Of a DNA stretch of 64,000 nt, positions 49,406-59,414 are shown in pieces. A program made the position numbers and the translations under genes. The notes under the pieces were generated by a model that saw only the letters and a program-made list of their open reading frames with translations, had not been told where the DNA came from and ran no database searches. Position 1 is the first letter of the stretch. Every line of letters begins with the position of its first letter. The stretch spans positions 12,272-76,271 of the forward strand of contig CAVTUQ010000017.1 in the NCBI GenBank assembly GCA_963737905.1. The letters are read 5' to 3'. The stretch is from an uncultured delta proteobacterium. Its GTDB lineage: Bacteria > Desulfobacterota > Binatia > UBA9968.

Positions 49406-49673
49406 CCTCCTTCACACGAACTCGACAACTGTTTTCGGACGCTTCACGTGTCCTCGGTATGTGACAATACGATCACCGACCGGTCAGTTGCAAGGCGATA
49501 CTTTGGCCCCCTACTTTCCACACCAAGTGATTTTTCTAAGTTGTAAGTCAAACGGAAAAAGCTGTTGCGCCTTAAATGGCTTTCATCGGGGGAGAGTCTT
49601 GTTATATATAAGATTGAAGCCGACTTCGGGTGGGATGGGCCGCAAGGATCGTGCTTGCTGGAAGGAGAAGCAG

Positions 49674-50843
49674 ATGGTCGATTTCAAGTTGATTTCCGCT
49701 GATGGCCACATCAACGAGCCTCCTGCTGCATGGGAAAGAGCGCATAAGGAATACGGCGACAGAGCTCCAAAGGTCGTCAAAGATCCCGAGGGGTTCAAAG
49801 GAATCTGGGTGATAACGGATGGGCTCCCTCCCAGTCCTTGCTCCAACTATTCCATTGGACACGTTGTGAGTAAGCCCGGGGGTCTTGGCAGCGTCGAGAT
49901 GGATAAGCACCACGAGCGCATTCATTTTCACGAGAATTTTAAGTACGAAGATTTTCCTGCGTCTTGGGAGCCGGCAGCGCGCATCAAGGATCAAGACGCC
50001 GACGGCGTCGCGGCGGAAGTCTTATTTGCGAGTGTTGGAAGATTTTTCTATGGTCTCACTGACGGCGCATTTCAGCGTGCCATCTTTCGCTCCTACAACG
50101 CCTGGCTTTATGAGTTTTGCAGCTACGACCCGAAACGTTTCGTTGGAGTTGCCCTGCTTTCGATTCTCGACCCGGAAAAAGCCGGACAAGACATGCGGGA
50201 ATATGCTGGACTGGGTTTCAAAGCGGTGCAGATCCCTTACGCCATCAAGGATGGCGGTTACTATGACCCGGTCTATGAACCAATCTGGAGCGCAGCGGAG
50301 GATAACGCGCTGGTTGTTCACATTCACCTCGGAGGACCGGCGCAAGGAGTCAAACCGCGCTGGTTCGGGTTTCAGCGTTTGACCGCAGAGGGGTCGAGTG
50401 ATTTTTTCGGCGCGCAGCGGATCGCGACGGCAACAGGTTTCATCAGCCATTTGATGTTTTCCGGCGTTTTTGATCGCCATCCCAACCTTAAGATCGTTTG
50501 CACGGAATACGATGTGGGGTGGGTCGCGATCATGTACGAACAGGCCAATTACCGTTATGGACGCGCCACCGCCTACGGTTCGGATGTCAAGTTGAAGATG
50601 GCGCCCGGAGATTACATGAAACGCCACACCTGGTTCACTTTCCAGGACGATCGCGCGGGGATGCTTACCACTCCCGTCTTCGGCGCCGACAATTTCATGT
50701 GGGCAAGTGACTATCCGCATGGCAACACAACATGGCCCTATTCCCGGAAGACACTGGAGCGGGTTGGCATCGGCGTAAGCCCTGACGTGCAGCGCAGGGT
50801 CGGCCGTGAAAATGCGAACCGGTTGTATCGCATGGGGCTGTAG
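49674..50843 (+). CDS. Amidohydrolase_2 family protein
   Basis: ISADGH, MWASDYPH; AAGGAG RBS before ATG 49674. Confidence 0.88.
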   Translation: MVDFKLISADGHINEPPAAWERAHKEYGDRAPKVVKDPEGFKGIWVITDGLPPSPCSNYSIGHVVSKPGGLGSVEMDKHHERIHFHENFKYEDFPASWEPAARIKDQDADGVAAEVLFASVGRFFYGLTDGAFQRAIFRSYNAWLYEFCSYDPKRFVGVALLSILDPEKAGQDMREYAGLGFKAVQIPYAIKDGGYYDPVYEPIWSAAEDNALVVHIHLGGPAQGVKPRWFGFQRLTAEGSSDFFGAQRIATATGFISHLMFSGVFDRHPNLKIVCTEYDVGWVAIMYEQANYRYGRATAYGSDVKLKMAPGDYMKRHTWFTFQDDRAGMLTTPVFGADNFMWASDYPHGNTTWPYSRKTLERVGIGVSPDVQRRVGRENANRLYRMGL

Positions 50844-50984
50844 GGATGATTCGTTCCAGTCGTTCTAAACGTTCAAGCCGTTCAAATCGTTGACGGAAGC
50901 AGACTAGGACGGGAAAGCGCAAACAGCGCAAAAAGGAATCCCCGTTTCGGGGGAGAGTTCGAGAGGGGGCAAACGCAAGCACAA

Positions 50985-52025
50985 ATGATTCAGCGTCGTG
51001 AGAAAAACGTTTTTCCGCTCGGCTCGCGCAAAGTAAACTCTTGGTTTCGGGCTTGGCTGATTTGGGTCGTTATCGCTCTGATTCAGAACCTGAATCCACA
51101 AGATGCAGTTTCCGCGGAGAAGTTTGTTTGCATTCTAGGCGGCACGGGGACGAGACATGCGATCCCAGTCCTGGCAGCGACGTTCGGCCTCTATCCAAAA
51201 TACGGGCTAGACGCAAGCATTATTCGGATCGGTAGCGGCACGGTTGCGACTGCTGCGCTGTTAGGCGGCGAGGCGGATGTGATTAATACGTCCGGCCCGG
51301 CTCTGATCAACGCACGTCTCGCAGGATCGCCCATTTTGTACGTGACTAACTTCAATGACTGGAGCGACGCCCACCTCCTGGTTCGACCTGAAGTGACCAG
51401 CATGGAACAGTTGCGCAGCGGAAAGTTTGCGGTCCCGGGGTTGGGAGGAGGCTATGCGCACATGCTGCGCGCTTTCATTTTTCCCAAGTACGGCCTTGAC
51501 AAAGGCGCCCAACAGCCGACGATCCTCTCGGCGGGAGATACTCCTTCCGCCCTAGCCGGGGTCGTAACCCGTCAATACGACGCGGCGCTCGCCTCCTACG
51601 AAAATTACATGGCCTTTCGCAAACGAGGACTCAAGGCTCTCGTTACGCCCGAAGATGTCAACGTAAGGTGGTATACGGGTCTCATTACGCTGGAAAAGAA
51701 AGTAAAAGAGCGCCGGCGCGCCATGATTTTGTTTATTAAGGCGCAGATCGAGGCGGTCAGCATCATCAAAAAAGAGCCGGTCAAAGCCCGGGCCGCACTC
51801 AAGAGCTATTTTCGCAGCAGCGACGATGAGCTCATGGCCGAGTACCAGAAATATCTTGCCGCCAAGTTGCCGCTCGTCACTCGGGTCGATACGGAAAATA
51901 TCAAAACTTTGCTTCTGACCTCGACGAACCCAGCTGCAAAGCAAGCGAGGCCCGAGGAATTCATCGATAATTCACTGGTGGATGAGATCGTCCGTGAAGG
52001 TTTCATCAAGCAATTTGAGCAGTGA
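50985..52025 (+). CDS. ABC substrate-binding protein (NMT1/SsuA-like)
   Basis: GLYPKYGLD, AALLGGEAD, PEEFIDNSLVDEI..EGF. Confidence 0.8.
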   Translation: MIQRREKNVFPLGSRKVNSWFRAWLIWVVIALIQNLNPQDAVSAEKFVCILGGTGTRHAIPVLAATFGLYPKYGLDASIIRIGSGTVATAALLGGEADVINTSGPALINARLAGSPILYVTNFNDWSDAHLLVRPEVTSMEQLRSGKFAVPGLGGGYAHMLRAFIFPKYGLDKGAQQPTILSAGDTPSALAGVVTRQYDAALASYENYMAFRKRGLKALVTPEDVNVRWYTGLITLEKKVKERRRAMILFIKAQIEAVSIIKKEPVKARAALKSYFRSSDDELMAEYQKYLAAKLPLVTRVDTENIKTLLLTSTNPAAKQARPEEFIDNSLVDEIVREGFIKQFEQ

Positions 52026-52046
52026 AAGCCGAACGATGGTGAGTCC

Positions 52047-53402
52047 GTGCCGATGACCGAAGATATTGCCGATTTTGCTGTCTCGTTCAGCCTGGCGGCC
52101 GCGCCTGCGGAGCTCCTGCCGCGGGTGCGCGAAGCGTTTCTTGATTCCTTTGGTGTCATGCTGGCGGGGTGCCGCGAGGAGAGCGCGCAAATCGCCGCGC
52201 GCTGGGTTCGAGACCAAGGGAACAGCGGGAAGTGCACGGTTTTTGCTCAAAAAGATATGCATGCCGCGCCTTCAAATGCGGCGCTGGCCAATGGTGTCGC
52301 GGCGCATACGCTGGACTATGATCATTTCGGCCACCAGAGCGCGGTGATCGTTCCTTGCGTATTGGCCGCCGGTGAAAATAAAGGCATTAGCGGCCGCGGG
52401 TTGATCGAAGCCTATATCGTGGGTGTGGAGGTAAGCACGTTGCTGGCCAGGGGGTTGGGAAGGGAAAGCCATGCGCTGGGCCTTCATCCCGCTGGTGTGT
52501 GCGGTTCGTTGGGCGCCGCCGCGGCGGCGGCACGAATTCTCGGTTTGAAACGTAGACAAATCCAGGTCGCACTCGGAATTGCTGCTTCTTTGACGTCAGG
52601 ACTGAGCCAGAACTTTGGCACGATGGTCAAGCCCCTTCATCTCGGTAGCGCAGCAAAGAACGGCATTATGGCGGCGGAGCTTGCGGCAGCGGGATTTACG
52701 GCAAACCCGGAGATCTTCGATCAGCAGGGCGGATTCTTTGGCGCGCTGACTGCTGCGGAAGTTCGGGAAACCCTTGGCAAGAAATATAGATTTTTGCAGC
52801 CGGGGATCGCTTTCAAAGCGTATCCTTGCCCCTACAGCTCGCAGCGGGCGGTGGATGCCGTCATCAAGATTGCCGACCGCCACAACGTGAGTCCGCGCGA
52901 CGTGAAAGAGATCACCTGCGCTGCCGCTCCGAACACCTTTCGAGTGCTGATCCATCACCGGCCAACGACGAGCCTGGAAGCAAAATTTAGCCTCGAGTAT
53001 TTGCTGGCGGCCGGGCTGGCGCTCAAAACGATTAATGAAGAATGCTTCGACCGTAAGCATGTCAATGATCCCGTGATGCGCGACCTCGTAGCCAAGGTGC
53101 GTGTCGTTGATGCGCCCACCAAGCGCGAAACACCCGGCGAAGGGCCGGTGACAGTGCAGGTCCGTACGCCCACCGCTGTCCACGAAGAGACGGTCAGCTA
53201 TGCTCCCGGCCATCCGAAAAATCCTCTGTCGTGGGAACGCCTCGGCGCGAAGTACCAGGCCTGCGCGCGCCAGGCCGGACTCACGGAAACTACGATTGCC
53301 AGTTCTCTGCACGTGCTAAGTCGAATCGACGAAATCACGAACGTGAGAGAACTGATGCAGCTTTTCGCGACGGGAGATTGGACCTCGGGAGCGCTCAAGT
53401 AA
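52047..53402 (+). CDS. MmgE/PrpD family protein
   Basis: AALANGVAAHTLDYD, NFGTMVKPLH, FKAYPC, GHPKNPL. Confidence 0.9.
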   Translation: MPMTEDIADFAVSFSLAAAPAELLPRVREAFLDSFGVMLAGCREESAQIAARWVRDQGNSGKCTVFAQKDMHAAPSNAALANGVAAHTLDYDHFGHQSAVIVPCVLAAGENKGISGRGLIEAYIVGVEVSTLLARGLGRESHALGLHPAGVCGSLGAAAAAARILGLKRRQIQVALGIAASLTSGLSQNFGTMVKPLHLGSAAKNGIMAAELAAAGFTANPEIFDQQGGFFGALTAAEVRETLGKKYRFLQPGIAFKAYPCPYSSQRAVDAVIKIADRHNVSPRDVKEITCAAAPNTFRVLIHHRPTTSLEAKFSLEYLLAAGLALKTINEECFDRKHVNDPVMRDLVAKVRVVDAPTKRETPGEGPVTVQVRTPTAVHEETVSYAPGHPKNPLSWERLGAKYQACARQAGLTETTIASSLHVLSRIDEITNVRELMQLFATGDWTSGALK

Positions 53403-53430
53403 TCGCCGCACTCTCAATGGCATCATTCGC

Positions 53431-54462
53431 ATGAGCCAAATTCGCATAGGGCTGCACTTACATCCCCCACCGAAGCAGAGTCTGGAAGCGTTTACGGACA
53501 TGGTAAGACGCGCGGACCGCTACGGTTTTGCCCGCCTCGGCACCGGCGACACGCAGTGGCACAATATGGAGTGCTTTGTTGCGCTGACGCTCATGGCTTT
53601 GAACAGCGAAAGGGTAGAGATCGGGCCGCGCGTCACGAATCCGGTGACGCGAGAGCCCGCTGTGATGGCAAGTGCCATGGTTAGTCTGGAACTGATTTCA
53701 AAGGGGAGAGCCGTGCTTGCTATCGGCAGGGGTGACAGCGCGGTTCACAATATAGGGCTCAAGCCGGCCACGGTCGAGGAAACGCGAGACTATATCATTG
53801 CTGTTCGTGAGCTTTTGGAGAAAGGAGAAACCATTTACCGAGGACGGCCCAATCGCTTTATTTGGCCACGCCCCGGAATGCGGCAGCGCATTCCGATTTG
53901 CGTGACGGCGGAGGGACCAAGGATGCTGCGTTTGGCCGGGCAGATCGGCGACCAAGTTCTCATCGGTACCGGAGTAACGCCGGAAATCGTCCAGGCTTCT
54001 TTACAGCAACTTCATGAAGGCGCGAAAGAAGCGGGGCGGGACCCTGAGAAGCTGGAGATTTGGTGGGCTCCCCGGCTAAGTATCGCGGAGAACAGAGAGA
54101 AAGCTTTGAAAGAGGTAAGAGCTAGCGTCGCGTCTTCGGGAAACCATGCACTGAGATCGGGACTCGCAGGGAAGCATGTCCCGGAACCGCTCGAGGAAAG
54201 TATCCGGCGATTTCACCGAGAGTACGATTATTCTCAGCACGGAGACAAAAACGGAAAGAACGCTCGACTCGTCGAGGAGCTGGGGCTCACTGAATATCTG
54301 CTCGACCGTTTCGCGGTCGCGGGGACACCCTCGGATATTGTTCAGCGAATTCGAAGTCTGGCGCGCCTGGGGCTCAAAAACCTCTGGCTGAGCTCTCCGG
54401 GAGATGATCCATCGGGTCTCGATCTTATGGGAAAAGAAGTGCTGCCTTATCTCAATCCGTAG
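53431..54462 (+). CDS. LLM-class oxidoreductase (Mer-like)
   Basis: GPRVTNPVTR, IGRGDSAV, AEGPRMLRLAGQIGD. Confidence 0.85.
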   Translation: MSQIRIGLHLHPPPKQSLEAFTDMVRRADRYGFARLGTGDTQWHNMECFVALTLMALNSERVEIGPRVTNPVTREPAVMASAMVSLELISKGRAVLAIGRGDSAVHNIGLKPATVEETRDYIIAVRELLEKGETIYRGRPNRFIWPRPGMRQRIPICVTAEGPRMLRLAGQIGDQVLIGTGVTPEIVQASLQQLHEGAKEAGRDPEKLEIWWAPRLSIAENREKALKEVRASVASSGNHALRSGLAGKHVPEPLEESIRRFHREYDYSQHGDKNGKNARLVEELGLTEYLLDRFAVAGTPSDIVQRIRSLARLGLKNLWLSSPGDDPSGLDLMGKEVLPYLNP

Positions 54463-54587
54463 GCCCGGTGAACCGGGACGAAAGCAAGAAGGTCGTGGCG
54501 ACCGGTAATCGTTCGGCTCATGCTGACTGTCTCGAAGTACGAAAACCAGCTGTCAGCAGCCTGCTAAGGAATAAAAGACCTGAAACA

Positions 54588-55607
54588 ATGAGCTCGAGAA
54601 GAAATGTTTTTTCCTGGTTGGTGCTAGGATTGTTGCTGTGGAACATCTCTAGCGAGAACGCGCCGGCGGCAACGGACGGGAGCGTCGTCGAAAAGGCAAA
54701 GACCGAGGGAGAGGTCGTCCTTTACACTGCATGGGGCCTCGACACCGTCCAGGCATTGCAGGCGGCTTTCGCAAACAAATATCCGTTCATCAAACTCGAC
54801 GTGCTCCGCACAGGCAGCGAAAGGCTTTTAACGATTACCATCGCCGAGCACAAACAGAAAGTGTTTCGCGCCGACCTTTTTAGCGGGAGCCATTTGGCGA
54901 TGATCAATCATAAGAAACTGAGTCATCTGCAAAAATATCCCTCTGCGGAACAATCCGCTTTCCCCAAGGAATATAAGGATCCCGACGGTTATTGGACGGC
55001 ATTTTACATGGACACAAGGGTTTTGGCTTACAATACCCGTCTGCTGGCGCGGCAGGATGCACCGAAAAGCTACGAGGACCTCTTGCTCTCCAAATGGAAG
55101 GGCAAAATGGCGATGGATGACGCCGACTATATCTTGTACGGGAGTCTGCTGGAAATGATGGGACGGGCGCGGGGACTTTCGTACATGAAACAATTGGCGC
55201 AGCAAGATCTCATTATCCGCGGCGGCCATCCGCTTTTGACTCAGCTTCTCATTGGCGGTGAGTTCCCTATCTATCTGGATGGGTTTGGCAGTAATATCGA
55301 AAAATTTAAGTCACAAAGAGCACCGATCGATTGGGTGGCCCTGGAACCTGTCATCGTCTCGCTCAATCCAGTGGGGATGGCTATCAATGCCCCGCATCCC
55401 AACTCTGCAAGGTTGCTGATGGACTTTCTCTTATCGAAGGAAGGGCAACAGATCGGCAGGAGCGTCGGAAAGATTCCTGCGCGGGCCGAGGTGGAGCCGC
55501 CCTATCCGAGATTGACCAAAGGGCTCAAACTCTTCCCGGTGCCGTTGTCGGTTGCGGATAGATACGGGGAGATAGTCAAAGAGTTCCGTGAGATGTTTTT
55601 GAAGTAA
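54588..55607 (+). CDS. ABC extracellular solute-binding protein
   Basis: KAKTEGEVVLYT, KDPDGYW, APHPNSARLLMDFLLSKEGQ. Confidence 0.85.
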   Translation: MSSRRNVFSWLVLGLLLWNISSENAPAATDGSVVEKAKTEGEVVLYTAWGLDTVQALQAAFANKYPFIKLDVLRTGSERLLTITIAEHKQKVFRADLFSGSHLAMINHKKLSHLQKYPSAEQSAFPKEYKDPDGYWTAFYMDTRVLAYNTRLLARQDAPKSYEDLLLSKWKGKMAMDDADYILYGSLLEMMGRARGLSYMKQLAQQDLIIRGGHPLLTQLLIGGEFPIYLDGFGSNIEKFKSQRAPIDWVALEPVIVSLNPVGMAINAPHPNSARLLMDFLLSKEGQQIGRSVGKIPARAEVEPPYPRLTKGLKLFPVPLSVADRYGEIVKEFREMFLK

Positions 55608-55830
55608 AATTTTTGTTGGAGTCGTTCTGTTGGACATTTAGGTTATTCCGAGTTTTCTGTGAAGAATATTCACCACCGAGGCCCAGAGTTCGCAGAGATC
55701 GGAGATTTTGTTTATCAAGAAATCTTTACTCCGCGTTCTCCGCGCCTCCGCGGTGCAATCCCGGCGTCCTGCTTCACAGGAAAGCCTGAAGGCCCAACAT
55801 TTAAAAGGTAAGAGTTTCAGAGGAGGTGTT

Positions 55831-56982
55831 ATGAGTGAAATTATTTCAGCGGATTGCCATTTGGATTTTTGGTATTTACCCGGAGATCTTTTTGTGTCCG
55901 AGGCTCCCGCATCCTGGAAAGACCGCATGCCTAGAGTTGAAAACACTGATAGCGGACGGGCCTGGGTTCATAACGGCAAGATCATTCGCTACGTCGGCGA
56001 CGTCGGCCTTGGCCGGGATAACGTGCGATTCGATCGCGTGACGATGTCAGTCCGTCTACGGAGAAAAGCCCGCACCGGTCTTTACTCGGATGCCATGAAC
56101 GGTGTGTTCCGGCCTGCGTTGCCGGAGCATAGAATCGCGGATCAGGAACGGGACGGAGTGGGCGCCGAGGTCATCTACGGTATTTTGGGTTTGAGCCGCC
56201 GGGTCCAAGACGGTGAGGCCATGGGAGTCGTCTATCGGATCTACAACGATTTTGTCATGCAGTTTCGTAAGTTTAATCCTGACCGGTTTGCCCCTTTGGC
56301 CTGCCTGCCAAACCACGATCCCAAAGCAGGGGCCGAGGAGTTGCGGCGCATTGCCAAGCTCGGACTCACGGGAGCGGAGTTGATCGCGTCGGATTCCGTA
56401 AGGCCCATATGGGATCGTGACTGGGATGTGGTGTGGGAGGCGGCGGACGAGACCGGCATCCCCATATCGTTTCATAACCAGGGGCAAGACGTTCGTGCGG
56501 TTAATACGTCCGACTCGCATTACGACGACAATGTAAAGGTGCGGAACGCCGTGCGCCAGGCGGTGTCTCGTTTCGGATCCGCACAATTTCTCGCCTCGAT
56601 CATTTATTCCGGAGCTTTCGACCGCTTCCCGGGATTCAGATTTGTGCTCGGCGAATCGAGCATCGGGTGGATCCCATTTTTTCTGCAACGGATGGACTAC
56701 GAATATGAGGAGGAAGAATCATTCCATCTGAGATTGCGACTGAAGCCAAGCGACTATTTCCGCATCAACGGTTTCGTGACGTTTGAACGCGACGCCGTGG
56801 GTGCCCGCCTGATGGACCTATTGGGTGAAGACAACGTGATGTGGGGCTCCGACTACCCGCATCCGGATGGGACTTGGCCGGATTCGATGCGCTTCCTTGA
56901 ACAGGAACTGGGCGGCCTGTCCGATCGGGTGAGGCGCAAGGTCACCCACGACAATGCGGCCAAGTTATACGGGCTCAAGTAA
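55831..56982 (+). CDS. Amidohydrolase_2 family protein
   Basis: ISADCH, MWGSDYPH, NAAKLY; GGAGG RBS before ATG 55831. Confidence 0.88.
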   Translation: MSEIISADCHLDFWYLPGDLFVSEAPASWKDRMPRVENTDSGRAWVHNGKIIRYVGDVGLGRDNVRFDRVTMSVRLRRKARTGLYSDAMNGVFRPALPEHRIADQERDGVGAEVIYGILGLSRRVQDGEAMGVVYRIYNDFVMQFRKFNPDRFAPLACLPNHDPKAGAEELRRIAKLGLTGAELIASDSVRPIWDRDWDVVWEAADETGIPISFHNQGQDVRAVNTSDSHYDDNVKVRNAVRQAVSRFGSAQFLASIIYSGAFDRFPGFRFVLGESSIGWIPFFLQRMDYEYEEEESFHLRLRLKPSDYFRINGFVTFERDAVGARLMDLLGEDNVMWGSDYPHPDGTWPDSMRFLEQELGGLSDRVRRKVTHDNAAKLYGLK

Positions 56983-57010
56983 TCATCGCCGGCTGTGGAG
57001 GATATAAAGC

Positions 57011-58393
57011 ATGGCAACCTGCACCGAAGTACTCGCTGAGTTTGCTTTGAAACAAAAGATGGAGGCGCTTCCTACGAGAGTGTTGGCGAAAGCCAAGTTG
57101 CTGATTCTGGATGGGATGGGCTTGGCTTTGGCTGCTGCGCGCGAGGATTTCGTCCAGAAGACCATGAAGGCGATGCGAGCTTTCGGTCAGGGATCGGACG
57201 CGACGGTGGTGGGCTTTAAGGACAAGCTTCCAGTTACGAGTGCGCCCTTACTCAACGGAATGCTCATTCATGCGTTTGACTTTGACGATACGCACCATCC
57301 CCTTGTGGTTCACAACACTTCAGTTGTGATGCCGGCGGCGTTGGCAACTTCCGAATGGCTGGGATTATCCGGCAAGGATTTTATTACCGCTTGTGCCGTT
57401 GGCTTCGAAGTTTCCCTTCGCGTCGCCCGTGGCCCGCGGGTGCATGCGATGCATGGACGCGGCTATCATCCAACGGCTGTTTGTGGTGTTTTTGGCGGAG
57501 CCGCGGCGGCGGGGCGTCTCTTGGGACTATCGCACGATCAACTGGTATATGCCCTCGGCCTGGCCGGAAGCCAGGGTTCGGGAAACATGGAGTGGCAGTC
57601 GGACGGCAGTTGGTCGAAGCGTTTTCAGCCTGGTTGGGCATCCCATGGCGCAGTCGTGGGCGCTCTTTTGGCACGGGAGGGTTTCACAGCTCCCCGCACT
57701 GCTTTGGAGGGGCCACGGGGGTTTTATTCAACTCATGTGGGCGAGGGGAATTTTGATGTCCGGTCGGCGATCGATGGCATAGACAACGACTGGGAACTGG
57801 ATCGCGTAGAATTCAAACCGTATCCCTGCGCTGGCGCTCTGCAAGCCACCGTTCGGGCCTGCGTTAATTTGCATAATCGGTATCACTTTAAAGCGGACGA
57901 CATCGTCGATGTCGAGTGCCGTTTGCGCATGGGAGATAGCGCGGCGCCAGCGGGACGCGAGCGCGTGTTCTCCCAGCAAACACCCCAGGGGGAGTATGGC
58001 GCTCATTTCTCGACACCTTATATTGCTGCAGTTGCCCTCCTTAAAGGCCGGCTGGCTCTGGCTGATTTCGACGACGATGCGCTGAGAGACCCAAAAGTCT
58101 TAAAGCTCTCGTCCAGGATCAGGCGGGAAGATGATCCCAACAGCGGGCGCCCCAAGTATGCGTCGGGTCACGTTTTCGTCAAGACGAGCGACGGTAAAGT
58201 CTACGAAGAACGACAACACATACACCCGGGGCATGTTGAAAACCCTGTGTCTGATGGAGATGTCCAGGAGAAGTATTCCTACAACGCGTTACGCCTTGTC
58301 GGTCAAGAAAAGGCGCAGACTTTGATGAGACAAATCATGTCGATCGAGCAGCTGTCAAATATCCGTGAGCTGACCGAGCAGCTGCGCTTTTAA
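57011..58393 (+). CDS. MmgE/PrpD family protein
   Basis: NGMLIHAFDFDDTH, GYHPT, FKPYPC. Confidence 0.9.
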   Translation: MATCTEVLAEFALKQKMEALPTRVLAKAKLLILDGMGLALAAAREDFVQKTMKAMRAFGQGSDATVVGFKDKLPVTSAPLLNGMLIHAFDFDDTHHPLVVHNTSVVMPAALATSEWLGLSGKDFITACAVGFEVSLRVARGPRVHAMHGRGYHPTAVCGVFGGAAAAGRLLGLSHDQLVYALGLAGSQGSGNMEWQSDGSWSKRFQPGWASHGAVVGALLAREGFTAPRTALEGPRGFYSTHVGEGNFDVRSAIDGIDNDWELDRVEFKPYPCAGALQATVRACVNLHNRYHFKADDIVDVECRLRMGDSAAPAGRERVFSQQTPQGEYGAHFSTPYIAAVALLKGRLALADFDDDALRDPKVLKLSSRIRREDDPNSGRPKYASGHVFVKTSDGKVYEERQHIHPGHVENPVSDGDVQEKYSYNALRLVGQEKAQTLMRQIMSIEQLSNIRELTEQLRF

Positions 58394-58697
58394 AGGCTTG
58401 TCCGGCCAAGCTCCATGCCCCCTACATTAAACGAGACGAGCATTTTATGCCCCCGTACGTCGGGGGCAGGCTTTCGAGCTCGCCCCTCGCGGTGGTGACG
58501 TGCCCGACCTTTCTTCGTAGAACAGACAATCCTGTCTGTTTCACAAGGCCCTAGTTCAACCCCATCTGCTTCTTCTTCCCCTCCAGCCGCCGCGGGCGGA
58601 AGCCCGCGGCCCGGCCCGCCACCAAGGTCGGAGTCCAGGCTCGGGGCCCGGGGCAGCCGCAATATAGCATCGCCTGCGATATGGTATCGTATGAGAT

Positions 58698-59120
58698 GTG
58701 AGGGCCGTCCTCGACACTACCGTCGTGGTTGCGGCCATGCGCAGCCCGGCCGGGGCATCGGCCGCCATCCTGAGGGCGGCACGCCAACAGCGGTTGACCC
58801 TGTTACTCAGCGTCCCCCTGGCCATCGAGTATGAGTCGGTCTGCTCGAGAGCCGAGCATCGCGAAGCGGCGGGGCTAACGAGGCGCGAAGCCGATATCTT
58901 CGTGACAGCCCTGATCGCCCTTGCCGAGCCCGTAGAAGCCCATTTCCTTTGGCGCCCCCAACTACGCGATGCGGCCGACGAAATGGTGCTGGAGGCAGCT
59001 ATCAATGGCCGTGCGGACGCCGTGGTAACCTTCAACACGCGGGATTTTGCCTCCGCGTGCGCACAGTTCGGGGTAGACATCCTGCTTCCGCGGGAGATGA
59101 TCGCCAGGATCAAGCGATGA
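58698..59120 (+). CDS. PIN-domain (VapC-like) toxin
   Basis: VLDT.V.VAA, WRPQLRD..DEMVLEAA, VTFNTRDF. Confidence 0.88.
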   Translation: MRAVLDTTVVVAAMRSPAGASAAILRAARQQRLTLLLSVPLAIEYESVCSRAEHREAAGLTRREADIFVTALIALAEPVEAHFLWRPQLRDAADEMVLEAAINGRADAVVTFNTRDFASACAQFGVDILLPREMIARIKR

Positions 59121-59374
59121 AAGAAACCAAAACCTATCCGTTGCGGCTGCCCCGATCGCTCAAAGAAGCCGTCGAACGGTTAAGCCGCGAAGACGGCACC
59201 AGCATCAACCAATTCGTAGCCATGGCCGTCGCCGAAAAAGTTTCCGCGCTCGAAACCGCCCGTTTCTTTCAGGACCGCAAAGCACGCGCGGATTTTGCAG
59301 CCTTTGACAAGATTCTCAAGCGGCGCCGAGGGAAACCACCCCGCCAGGGGGACGAGTTGCCGGCCCAAGATTGA
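59117..59374 (+). CDS. Ribbon-helix-helix antitoxin
   Basis: YPLRLPRSLK, GTSINQFVAMAVAEKVSAL; ATGA overlap with the PIN gene. Confidence 0.85.
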   Translation: MKETKTYPLRLPRSLKEAVERLSREDGTSINQFVAMAVAEKVSALETARFFQDRKARADFAAFDKILKRRRGKPPRQGDELPAQD

Positions 59375-59414
59375 TGCCCGGCACACCCGTCGTACGCGAC
59401 GCCCGCTGCCTGCC

